Below, in pieces: positions 1 to 7,952 of a stretch of DNA of 12,270 bases (positions are counted from its first letter, which is position 1; the number at the start of each line of letters is the position of its first letter). A program made the position numbers and the translations under genes. The notes under the pieces were generated by a model. It ran no database searches. It was not told the origin of the DNA and was given only the letters and a program-made list of their open reading frames with translations. Location of the stretch: positions 1-12,270 of the forward strand of contig JBHLQH010000065.1 of NCBI GenBank assembly GCA_048884965.1, read 5' to 3'. This DNA comes from Candidatus Thorarchaeota archaeon (GTDB taxonomy: Archaea > Asgardarchaeota > Thorarchaeia > Thorarchaeales > Thorarchaeaceae).

Positions 1-2124
1 TCTGAATCCACCACGTCTAATGTAAAAGATTATTGCGAACATAAGTAGCATTGAGATGAAGTAGGTCATAGACTCAAGAATTGGGTCGATATCGATGCTG
101 AGAGATCGAATGGCATTGAACATGATGCCTAACACCTCTCCGATAGCTAGAACTGAGATAAAGACCTCAACTAGTTCCATTGCCTGCGTACGTCTCTTAT
201 CAAGTTCCTCCTGCTTCTTCTCAGCGAGCTTTTCTCGTTTCTCAACAACACCCGATGCTATATCCGAAAAGAGTGTCTGATGATGAGAGAGGATACCCAG
301 ACGCCGTTCAAGGTAGGATACCATTCGATCCACATTGAGATCGTCCATCATTGCCCTCATGAGCTCTGCGTGGTCGCGATAGTTCGAGGTCAGAGTACCT
401 CGAATTAGCTCTATGTTCATGTGAGCCAAGGTATCAAAGTGGATGACCGGAAGCAGACTTCGACGGGTTTCAGTGATGCGTATCTCAGCCACCTCAAGAT
501 CCAGGTTATCAAGTTCCTGAGCTAGATCAGAGGTTTCCTCTACAAATGAGTCAAGGATCTCACCAGCGATCTCAATGAGGGTCGATATGAGGCATCTTAG
601 GCGAACAGCGGTCTCAATGGTTTCCTGATACTGAATGATGATCCATCGAGGGTCGTCTGGGAAGGCTAGAACACCATGGTTTTCTGTCGTCACAAGGAGG
701 TCGGTGATATGGGACCTGATTGGTGCGAGATTGCGGATGCCTATCGGCTCTCGTAGGACCCAGTCATCCAAAGCTGCGCGAGCCTCCATCTGACCAAGTA
801 GAAGACCTTTGTAATCAGGTAATTTTGAGGCCTCCTCAAGTGATACCTGACGATCCTCTGCAGGGTCTCTTGTATACAGACCACGACGAATGAGAACATA
901 CGCATACCAGTTTAGGTGTGGCACGAAACGGAGTGCGCATTGCGGCTCAAACAGAGGGAAAACCTTGTTGAGAGTCGAAACGATATCCTCGGCTAATGCA
1001 TTCAGGCGAAGGTAAGTCCGGCCTTCCCAAGTAATATCGTACTCTGCTGAGTGAGGACCGCTGAATGATAGGAGAACCCGAAGATCTGATACCGAGAGCT
1101 CGTCTACTTCTGTTTCAAGATAGATGGTGCTGATGCCGTAGCGATATATCCGAACCGATATTCGAATATCGATATCCTGCCCTCGAAATGATAGTGTCAA
1201 TGGCTTTAGGGTGAAGACCAAGTCTTTCATTCGTTCTTCTCCAAGAACGGTCTCGAAAAGGTCGGAGAGGGTATCCTCATCCACAGTTTCCACTGTGATC
1301 CCATGTGCAGCCATCTCCTCAATCAGACTCTTTGTGTCCGCAAGTAGAAGATCGTACACCTTGTTGAGATACTCTTGTTCTCCCCAGAAGCTGAAGAGCC
1401 AGGTCATCTGGTTGTCTTTCATGATGAGCTGTTCGGGACTCTCCTCTGTGATTCTTGCATGGTGCTTGAGGAATTCAAGATAGCTTGCAAGCTCTGTATA
1501 GGTGTCTTCATCGCCATCCTCTTCCAGTTGTAGTAGGCATTCGGAGATGGTCTTTTGAGCCTCATCGAAGATCTCACTGAACCCATCTGTCCTTAACGAG
1601 TCCATTGCCTTGCTATAGGCTGAAACGCCATTGCCATAAAGCTGCCATGCTTTAAGCTGTGTGTCGAACCATTCGGCGATTTCGCTCTCTCCGTCGTTCA
1701 TCTCTTTGATGATGATCAATCCTTCTGTGGCAAGTTCCACTAGGATCTCAGAAATCTCGGTCATCAATCGAGCATCAGTGGAGATGAGTGCGTTCTCTAG
1801 GGATATAGCGGCCTCAACGACACCATTCAAGGAATTGAGGGCTTTGAAGATGGATTGCTCAGACCCTTCGCATGAGTCGATCCCCTTCTTGATCGATACA
1901 TCTGCATGCTTCAGATGATCTCGTGCCATGGCGTAGTCATAGGAGGATTCCCATCGTGTTTGACCTTGGAGATGAGAATCCAGCGCGTTCAGCAAAAGAG
2001 AGAGGATAGGGTCGGTCGCTCGAGAAGCCTCAGTACGTGAGAGAATCGCCGCTGACTCATAGTCGCATGCATCGTACAGCTCTAGAATCTTACCGATGAT
2101 ATCCGTGAACTCTCTGAATGGCAA
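1..2124 (-). CDS. Large membrane protein with CorA/DUF155(RMD1)-like architecture; 3' end lies beyond the left edge (at least 708 aa)
   Basis: Manual translation is open from TTG at 2124 (MPFREFTDIIGKILELY...) to position 1 (...AIIFYIRRGGFR) with no stop. An in-frame TAA at 2152-2154 limits upstream extension, and a purine-rich RBS (GAAGGGGG) precedes the start. Domains: acidic helical N-terminal ~230 aa; alpha/beta region (IDIRISVRIYRYGISTIYLE); long helices; charged coiled coil EKREKLAEKKQEELDKRR; two hydrophobic helices (VEVFISVLAIGEVLGIMFNAI and ILESMTYFISMLLMFAIIFYI) followed by RR. The ORF is secure; the family call is less so. Confidence 0.85.
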   Translation of the reverse strand, partial: MPFREFTDIIGKILELYDACDYESAAILSRTEASRATDPILSLLLNALDSHLQGQTRWESSYDYAMARDHLKHADVSIKKGIDSCEGSEQSIFKALNSLNGVVEAAISLENALISTDARLMTEISEILVELATEGLIIIKEMNDGESEIAEWFDTQLKAWQLYGNGVSAYSKAMDSLRTDGFSEIFDEAQKTISECLLQLEEDGDEDTYTELASYLEFLKHHARITEESPEQLIMKDNQMTWLFSFWGEQEYLNKVYDLLLADTKSLIEEMAAHGITVETVDEDTLSDLFETVLGEERMKDLVFTLKPLTLSFRGQDIDIRISVRIYRYGISTIYLETEVDELSVSDLRVLLSFSGPHSAEYDITWEGRTYLRLNALAEDIVSTLNKVFPLFEPQCALRFVPHLNWYAYVLIRRGLYTRDPAEDRQVSLEEASKLPDYKGLLLGQMEARAALDDWVLREPIGIRNLAPIRSHITDLLVTTENHGVLAFPDDPRWIIIQYQETIETAVRLRCLISTLIEIAGEILDSFVEETSDLAQELDNLDLEVAEIRITETRRSLLPVIHFDTLAHMNIELIRGTLTSNYRDHAELMRAMMDDLNVDRMVSYLERRLGILSHHQTLFSDIASGVVEKREKLAEKKQEELDKRRTQAMELVEVFISVLAIGEVLGIMFNAIRSLSIDIDPILESMTYFISMLLMFAIIFYIRRGGFR

Positions 2125-2141
2125 CTTCTCTCGCCCCCTTC

Positions 2142-2987
2142 CTAGACACGCTTACGCAAAAGGAACTCGGACTCCATCCGTTTGAAACCCTTCTCATAGA
2201 GCAAGTCGAGGATATCCTGATGGTTGTCTTGCACCCATAGCTCAACTATGTCAGATTCAACAAGGTCCATGCATGCATTCAAGACCATTGGACCATATCC
2301 CTCCTGTACATGGAAGGGTATCTCAGTATGAGGATCTTCTACCTCTTGCTTTATGAAACGCACATACCCGATGGGGGAGCCTTGCGAATCTGTGACAGCT
2401 AAGCCTTCCTGTGATATCGTTTCCAGCCAGCTAGCTTTGTCTCGATTCCCCCAGTAGGCATCCGGAGTGAGTGTCATGAAAGCATCGACCATTGAAGGCT
2501 CAGGATCTTTGAAATAGAGCTCGGGTTTCATATCAGGAATCCATTTCTTCCCTCTCAAGCGGAGAATGAGGTAGGTCATTCCATAGTCCATCTTCTCATA
2601 GAGAGCTAGTGCACGGAAGTTGTCTGTCTTCACGCCTATGGCCAAGTGGCTGATACTAGGAGATTGTGCCAGTAGCAATTGCTCAGATTGCTCGACTAAT
2701 TTGCTTCCAATCCCTTTCTGTCTGTGTTCGGGAAGGACTGCCAGCTCCCAAACGAAGCCCCAATTTAGCTCGGAGTTCAAGATATTGATGACAACGCCTA
2801 CGATCTCATCACCAAGGACAGCGACTCGCCAGAGTTTGGTAAGGGTGCCAGACTCCCTGCTACGTTCCCACCACTTGTGGAAACGCTCCTCAGGTAGCTC
2901 ATCTACTCCAGGAAGACCACTCATATAGACCTCGTAGAACTTGTCGCGTTCCGATTCATCTGGTGCTCGAATGACAATGTCGTTCAT
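2142..2987 (-). CDS. GNAT-family N-acetyltransferase with a probable degenerate second GNAT domain
   Basis: Acetyl-CoA motif A ELAVLPEHRQKGIGSKLV and motif B DNFRALALYEKMDY. The C-terminal half ends in DNHQDILDLLYEKGFKR, resembling a second motif B. ATG at 2987, preceded by GAGG, is preferred over the track's TTG at 3011. Confidence 0.9.
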   Translation of the reverse strand: MNDIVIRAPDESERDKFYEVYMSGLPGVDELPEERFHKWWERSRESGTLTKLWRVAVLGDEIVGVVINILNSELNWGFVWELAVLPEHRQKGIGSKLVEQSEQLLLAQSPSISHLAIGVKTDNFRALALYEKMDYGMTYLILRLRGKKWIPDMKPELYFKDPEPSMVDAFMTLTPDAYWGNRDKASWLETISQEGLAVTDSQGSPIGYVRFIKQEVEDPHTEIPFHVQEGYGPMVLNACMDLVESDIVELWVQDNHQDILDLLYEKGFKRMESEFLLRKRV

Positions 2988-3078
2988 GAGTTCCTCACAT
3001 TCAAGTTGCAAAGACCCTCTTCCAGATATGAATCATTCTCCATTGGGAAATCATCTGAATCTATTCTCGAGATTAATC

Positions 3079-3116
3079 AAAAGAAAAAGGGGTATCTGGT
3101 AGAAGCCTACCAGACA
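3079..3116 (-). terminator. Hairpin plus T-tract terminator of the NlpC/P60 gene
   Basis: Perfect inverted repeat TCTGGTAG (3095-3102) / CTACCAGA (3107-3114) with a 4-nt loop, overlapping the stop codon. It is followed on the minus strand by TTTTTCTTTT (3088-3079). Confidence 0.65.
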
Positions 3117-4291
3117 ACCGTATCTATTCTAAAGTAGATAGTGTATCGACAGTCACCAAGGTCAACTCGAGAACCAGACCAGTACCATCCATTTCCGACA
3201 TAAGAATGCCAGCTGGAAGGTGCCCAATACCACTGGAAGGTTGGGTATTGATCGTCTGAGTCGATATCATCGACCTCCCACGCCTCTATACGCACCTTGG
3301 CATCTCGATTGTAGTTGATGATAGTGTAGAAGTACTTGTTCCAATCTAGGGCACCGGCACCATTACGTGACCAGTATCCATCTGGAGTGTCACCAATCTT
3401 TCCATTTCCAGGATAGCCCTGTTTTGTTGGATATATACCATCACCTGAGATGCTCTTGATGTACATCTCACCTGCACCTTTGGGCCAAGGATCATAGTCA
3501 TTGTCATAGTATATCTCATCAACAAAGATCGTCAATTTGTACAATCCAGTTCCAGCTGACCAGGTTGTGGATCCTACTTCACCTGCAATGACAGAGCTAT
3601 ATTGACTCTGCCATAGGTCATCAGGGGAAACCCCTAGACCGAGGGTACTTGTCTCAGCATCGAGGTCTATCCCGAGAATGTGGTAGTATGCGGCCCATGC
3701 CGCCTCAGAGCAGTAGTAGCCCCTGACACCAGAGAGAGGATTTGAATCGGTAGCATAGATCTGCTTCGAGGTCCATCCCCAATCATAGGCTGGACCCACA
3801 GGGTATCCATCGATCCCGCCCGAGAGCTGGGACTTGAGGAAAGTGATCACTGCTGACCGTTCGGAGCTAGTAAGAGTGACGCCATTTCCTTTCATCACTC
3901 GTAGCACCAATGCATCCTCAGCATGAGCATTCACTGCTGTATACCACGTATCGTAGCCCAATCCATTCCCTTGTACATCACTCTTTGTAGAATGGATGCA
4001 ATAGGGTGTTCCAACGGACATCCAGACCTTATTGGTCCTGTCCCAAATTTGCTCGCCTTGCTGTACCAATCCGCAGTAGATTACTGTATGTGAGTAATCC
4101 CCGGGAATCAGATAGTCGAAGAAAGAACCGGGAGTGCCTAAGATGATGATATCACCTGGTAGGCATCCGCTATAGCTTACCTGATTCACACCATCACTAG
4201 CAAAAGCAGCCGCTGGCTGAACAGGCATTGCCATTAGGAAGAGCGCACTAGCAAGGAAAGCGGTTAGTAATATCCTATTATTCCTCCGCAA
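3107..4291 (-). CDS. Secreted permuted papain-like NlpC/P60 enzyme (YiiX/YaeF/YebB type) with a C-terminal C2-like domain
   Basis: Signal peptide (RRNNR, hydrophobic stretch, AFA). Motifs LPGDIIIL, YSHTVIY (His codon 4090-4088), IHS, AYDW, YYCSEAAWAAY (Cys codon 3712-3710), GIDLD and VSPDDL, in His-before-Cys (permuted) order. The C-terminal ~145 aa carry DYDPW..GEMY, WNKYFY and VRIEAWEVDDIDSDD. The start is either TTG 4291 (after AGGTG) or GTG 4300. Confidence 0.88.
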   Translation of the reverse strand: MRRNNRILLTAFLASALFLMAMPVQPAAAFASDGVNQVSYSGCLPGDIIILGTPGSFFDYLIPGDYSHTVIYCGLVQQGEQIWDRTNKVWMSVGTPYCIHSTKSDVQGNGLGYDTWYTAVNAHAEDALVLRVMKGNGVTLTSSERSAVITFLKSQLSGGIDGYPVGPAYDWGWTSKQIYATDSNPLSGVRGYYCSEAAWAAYYHILGIDLDAETSTLGLGVSPDDLWQSQYSSVIAGEVGSTTWSAGTGLYKLTIFVDEIYYDNDYDPWPKGAGEMYIKSISGDGIYPTKQGYPGNGKIGDTPDGYWSRNGAGALDWNKYFYTIINYNRDAKVRIEAWEVDDIDSDDQYPTFQWYWAPSSWHSYVGNGWYWSGSRVDLGDCRYTIYFRIDTVVW

Positions 4292-4458
4292 CGCACACAC
4301 CTAAATCGCTGTTATGGTATAAACAGGCATATATCAATTGTTATTTTGATTTTTGTCCCATATATCCTCATTCAATGGCTGAAACGGGCATTGCGCCAAG
4401 ATGATAGTTCTTTATTATGAATACTAGTTTTCACCTAGATTCTATCGGAGAGAATACC

Positions 4459-5613
4459 ATGCGCGCGTTCATCAGTATCCTGCTATCATTACTAGTGATC
4501 ATGACTTTGGCCACACCTCAACACATTGGGAATATGGGATTAAACCGCCAAGCAGTGATCACGACGCAAGTCGAAACACCAACAGGAAGATACCTTCCTG
4601 GGTTTGTATATGACCTTGTGAATGAACGGGTTATGATGTTCGGTGGAGCAACTGCGGATACTCCGCTAGGGGATTCTTGGGGATTCGATCTCTCCACAGG
4701 TCGCTGGACTGAACTTGATTTCGAGACCTCACCAATGCCGCGGCATTCCACAGCAATGGTGTATGACTCAATTGATGAGGTCATTGTCCTCTTCGGAGGG
4801 TACGATGGCAGTGAAAGATTGGCGGATACCTGGATCTTCAATTGCACAACAGAGATGTGGATAGAGGTGACACCTACCATCTCGCCGCCTCCTCGGATGA
4901 ACCCAGCAATGGTATACGATTCCGTCAATGACAAGGTGATTCTCTTCTCAGGATATCACAATAGTGGACCAGATATCGCAGATACTTGGGTGTATGATAT
5001 TCAGGAGAACGAATGGATGGAAATGGACCCTCTGGTCGTACCACATGCTCGCTATGGTGCGAGCTTTGTATTTGATGATGTAACCGAGAGAATGCTCATC
5101 TTCGGAGGGAATTCAGACGGTTTCCTTGATGACACTTGGGGGTATAGCTTTGCGAATGATACATGGACCAATCTGGGTCCATCGACTCACCCTCCAGAGT
5201 TGAAATGGTCAAGCTCTGTATATGATTCTTCAAATCATAAGATGATCCTCTTTGGTGGTGATGAGGGCAGCCACAATGTGAATCGTACCTGGATATACGA
5301 CCCTGTGACTAACGAGTGGGAAGAGCGTGAACCAGAAATAGCTCCACCACCCAGAGAAGGATTCGCATTTACTTTTGACACTACCAATGAGAAGGCTATT
5401 CTCTTTAGCGGGACCAGTGAGTATCCCGACCTGCGAGATGATGTTTGGAGCTATGAGTTTAGTACGAATACATGGGAAGAGATTGCTCAGATTGCAGATA
5501 CTTCTACAGAAGCACCCGATATTCTTGTTGTATTGCTGATTGTTGCCCCCATTATTGGGATTACTGCTATTGCAAGCTATATTCTCTTGAAAAGAAGCGC
5601 ATCCAAAAAGTAG
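4459..5613 (+). CDS. Cell-surface six-bladed Kelch-repeat beta-propeller with N-terminal signal and C-terminal TM anchor
   Basis: Six ~50-aa repeats of the form PxPR...VYD....V.LF(G/S)G......DTW.YD.....W. Hydrophobic N-terminus, C-terminal ILVVLLIVAPIIGITAIASYILL followed by KRSASKK, and sequons NCT, NDT, NRT. ATG 4459 follows GGAGA and is preferred over 4417. Confidence 0.92.
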   Translation: MRAFISILLSLLVIMTLATPQHIGNMGLNRQAVITTQVETPTGRYLPGFVYDLVNERVMMFGGATADTPLGDSWGFDLSTGRWTELDFETSPMPRHSTAMVYDSIDEVIVLFGGYDGSERLADTWIFNCTTEMWIEVTPTISPPPRMNPAMVYDSVNDKVILFSGYHNSGPDIADTWVYDIQENEWMEMDPLVVPHARYGASFVFDDVTERMLIFGGNSDGFLDDTWGYSFANDTWTNLGPSTHPPELKWSSSVYDSSNHKMILFGGDEGSHNVNRTWIYDPVTNEWEEREPEIAPPPREGFAFTFDTTNEKAILFSGTSEYPDLRDDVWSYEFSTNTWEEIAQIADTSTEAPDILVVLLIVAPIIGITAIASYILLKRSASKK

Positions 5614-5688
5614 AATCACTTCGTTTCCAGAAATAGAAAGAGAGATAGGCTACCGAAGCAATCCAACTACTTCATTGGAGTTGATTCT

Positions 5689-6966
5689 ATGAAGTGCATT
5701 GGCACCGAATCTAAGGAGTCGATCATCAAGCTCTTCGGGGACCATGTCTCGTCAGGCAAGGTCGAGTTCTATACTTCCTTCGAGATAGACTTCGTTTTGG
5801 GAAGACGAGAGGGCCCATGGATGTATGATGTCACAGGAGATAGGAAACTCCTGAACTGTCATTGTAACGGAGGTGTGTTCAATCTTGGCCACCGGCATCC
5901 TGTCATCGTGGAAACATTACGCAATGCCTTAGAGGAGCTTGACATCGGAAATCACCATTTGATCAGCGAGCAAAGGGCACTGCTCGGAAAAGCTCTGGCA
6001 GATAGCTCACCATCTGAGATCACGCGCACTGTGTTCGGGGTAGGAGGTGGTGAGGCCGTGGACTTTGCTATCAAGCTAGCCAGAGGTTACTCGAAGAAGC
6101 ACAAGATCATCTATGCCACGTCGGGATATCATGGACACACAGGACTAGCCTTGGCTGCAGGGGATGTGCATTTCAAGGAGCCTTTTGGACCATTGGCTCC
6201 TGGTTTCATCGATATTCCTTTTGGAGATGCTTCAGCAGTCAGAAATGCGATTGACACAGAAACTGCAGCGGTTCTCTTTGAAACCATTCCAGCGACTCTT
6301 GGGATGCCCTTACCCCCTCAGGATTTCTACAAGGAAGTACGCGAAATCTGCGATGAGAAGGGCGTTCTGTTAATCCTGGATGAGGTCCAGACCGGACTTG
6401 GGAGAACTGGCAAGCTATGGGGCTTCGAGCATTACGATGTGGTCCCAGACATCTTTGTCATCGGTAAGGGCCTCTCGGGAGGGCTCTATCCCATATCAGC
6501 TACCTGCTACCGAGAAGACCTAGATTCGTTCATGAATGAGCATCCCTTCATCCATATCTCGACCTTTGGCGGTGCAGAGATCGGATGTGTCGTTGGGTCC
6601 AAGGTCTTGGAAATTGCGTCATCACAGAAGTTCTTGGACCGTGTGAATGTTCAGGGACAAAAGGTCGATGAATCGCTCCAAGAATTGAAAGCAGCATATC
6701 CAGACATCTTCACAGAACTTAGAAGGAAGGGAATGTTCATGGGGATAAAGATGAGTGATTCTGGATATGGTCCGCTCATGAGCATCGCATGCATCAATAG
6801 CGGCATCTTTGCTGTCTATGCTGATAATGACAAATCAGTACTGCAATTCCTACCACCACTAATCATCGAGGATGATGAAATAAGACACGTTCGCAATTCG
6901 ATGGATATGGCGTTCAAGTATGCACAAGACCGCCCTGAGTACTTGGAGCTAGCTAGGAGTCTGTGA
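5689..6966 (+). CDS. Class-III PLP-dependent aminotransferase-fold enzyme of unknown substrate
   Basis: Motifs NLGH, GGGEAVDFAIKLAR, GYHG, LILDEVQTGLGRTG, GKGLSGG (Schiff-base K260), STFGG and FLPPL. RBS GGAG upstream. Confidence 0.93.
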   Translation: MKCIGTESKESIIKLFGDHVSSGKVEFYTSFEIDFVLGRREGPWMYDVTGDRKLLNCHCNGGVFNLGHRHPVIVETLRNALEELDIGNHHLISEQRALLGKALADSSPSEITRTVFGVGGGEAVDFAIKLARGYSKKHKIIYATSGYHGHTGLALAAGDVHFKEPFGPLAPGFIDIPFGDASAVRNAIDTETAAVLFETIPATLGMPLPPQDFYKEVREICDEKGVLLILDEVQTGLGRTGKLWGFEHYDVVPDIFVIGKGLSGGLYPISATCYREDLDSFMNEHPFIHISTFGGAEIGCVVGSKVLEIASSQKFLDRVNVQGQKVDESLQELKAAYPDIFTELRRKGMFMGIKMSDSGYGPLMSIACINSGIFAVYADNDKSVLQFLPPLIIEDDEIRHVRNSMDMAFKYAQDRPEYLELARSL

Positions 6967-6980
6967 GGAGGAGATAATGA

Positions 6981-7952
6981 ATGACAATTTACATAAATGA
7001 AGATCTATTGAGGGAGTTCGAGGAGAAACTCAACCCTTCGAAACCTGAGGAATCACCTATTCCAGCTAGGATACTTGGATATGGCGAGATCAGCACCGTG
7101 TTCGAGGTCCTAGATGAAAGCCAGCAGGACATCGCGTTCAAGCGCATGCCTCTTTTCGATAGCATTGGGGAGGTCGCTACGTATAGCAAGGTATACTATC
7201 AATATCATGACTGGCTTGCAAAGATAGGTGTGGAGATACCAAAGTATGGTGCTACGACCGTCACCACTCACAAGGGGAGGACAGTCCTATATCTCTATCA
7301 AAAGAAGCTCCCTGAGGCTTCCATCGGTAACAAGCTGATCCATATCCTTGACTTGGAACAGGTCGAACATCTGGTACTGATAGTCCTGCGGGAGCTCTTG
7401 AAGGTCTGGGATTTCAATGCGGCCAATATTGGAGCGATTCAGGTAGCTATTGATGGGCAGATATCGAACTGGGCAGTAAAGGATTGGAGAGAAGGACTAA
7501 CAGAGTTGGATGACACCTCTCAAGTCTATTATCTTGATACAAGTACTCCATTGTTCCGCATCGATGGACATGAACAGCTTGATGTTGAGCTGTTCCTCAA
7601 ACCCACACCTCCGGGTATGCGATGGATATTGAAGAAGTTCTTCCTCCAAGAGATTGTTGACAGATACTATGATTTCAGGAAGGTAGTGATAGATCTTATC
7701 GCAAATTTCTACAAGGAGCAACTACCAGAATATGTACCCGTGATAACTGAACTAGCGAACGATTTTCTTCTAACTGAAGCAATGAAGCATGATATAGACA
7801 TGATATCGATAGAAGAGGTTGAGGACTATTACAAGGACGATGCATCCACATGGAAACTATACCTCAGGATGAGAAGATTTCACCGGTTTATCAAGACCAA
7901 GATTCTCCGAGGGTACTATGCCTATATTCTCCCTGGAAAGATTGAGCGATAG
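6981..7952 (+). CDS. Protein-kinase-like fold protein, resembling DUF6206
   Basis: Gly-rich loop LGYGEISTV, beta3 lysine AFK54R, catalytic-loop-like D158GQISN and metal-binding-like YYLD186T, in canonical order. Starts 14 nt after the upstream stop with a strong RBS (GAGGAGG). The DUF6206 name is from recall, not a search. Confidence 0.8.
   Translation: MTIYINEDLLREFEEKLNPSKPEESPIPARILGYGEISTVFEVLDESQQDIAFKRMPLFDSIGEVATYSKVYYQYHDWLAKIGVEIPKYGATTVTTHKGRTVLYLYQKKLPEASIGNKLIHILDLEQVEHLVLIVLRELLKVWDFNAANIGAIQVAIDGQISNWAVKDWREGLTELDDTSQVYYLDTSTPLFRIDGHEQLDVELFLKPTPPGMRWILKKFFLQEIVDRYYDFRKVVIDLIANFYKEQLPEYVPVITELANDFLLTEAMKHDIDMISIEEVEDYYKDDASTWKLYLRMRRFHRFIKTKILRGYYAYILPGKIER

Noticed and set aside
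95-1918. Plus-strand ORFs 95-280, 1211-1483 and 1661-1918
   Set aside because: Ser-rich antisense shadows of the long minus-strand ORF 1-2124.
1-2124. Calling the gene corA or a CRISPR-associated CorA effector
   Set aside because: There is no GMN motif, the protein is about twice the normal length, and no cas genes or array are in the window.
4570-5490. ~150-nt periodicity as a CRISPR array or tandem DNA repeat
   Set aside because: Fully explained by Kelch blade repeats in the protein.
5662-5679. TCCAA/TTGGA hairpin overlapping the RBS of the class-III enzyme
   Set aside because: Only 5 bp, which is expected by chance.
5689-6966. Assigning argD, patA, gabT or rocD
   Set aside because: Specificity residues differ from these enzymes and no matching pathway genes are adjacent.
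2620-7721. ORFs 2620-2928, 4518-4934, 5230-5619, 6164-6373, 6989-7189 and 7497-7721
   Set aside because: They overlap well-supported genes on the opposite strand or in another frame and have no recognisable motifs.
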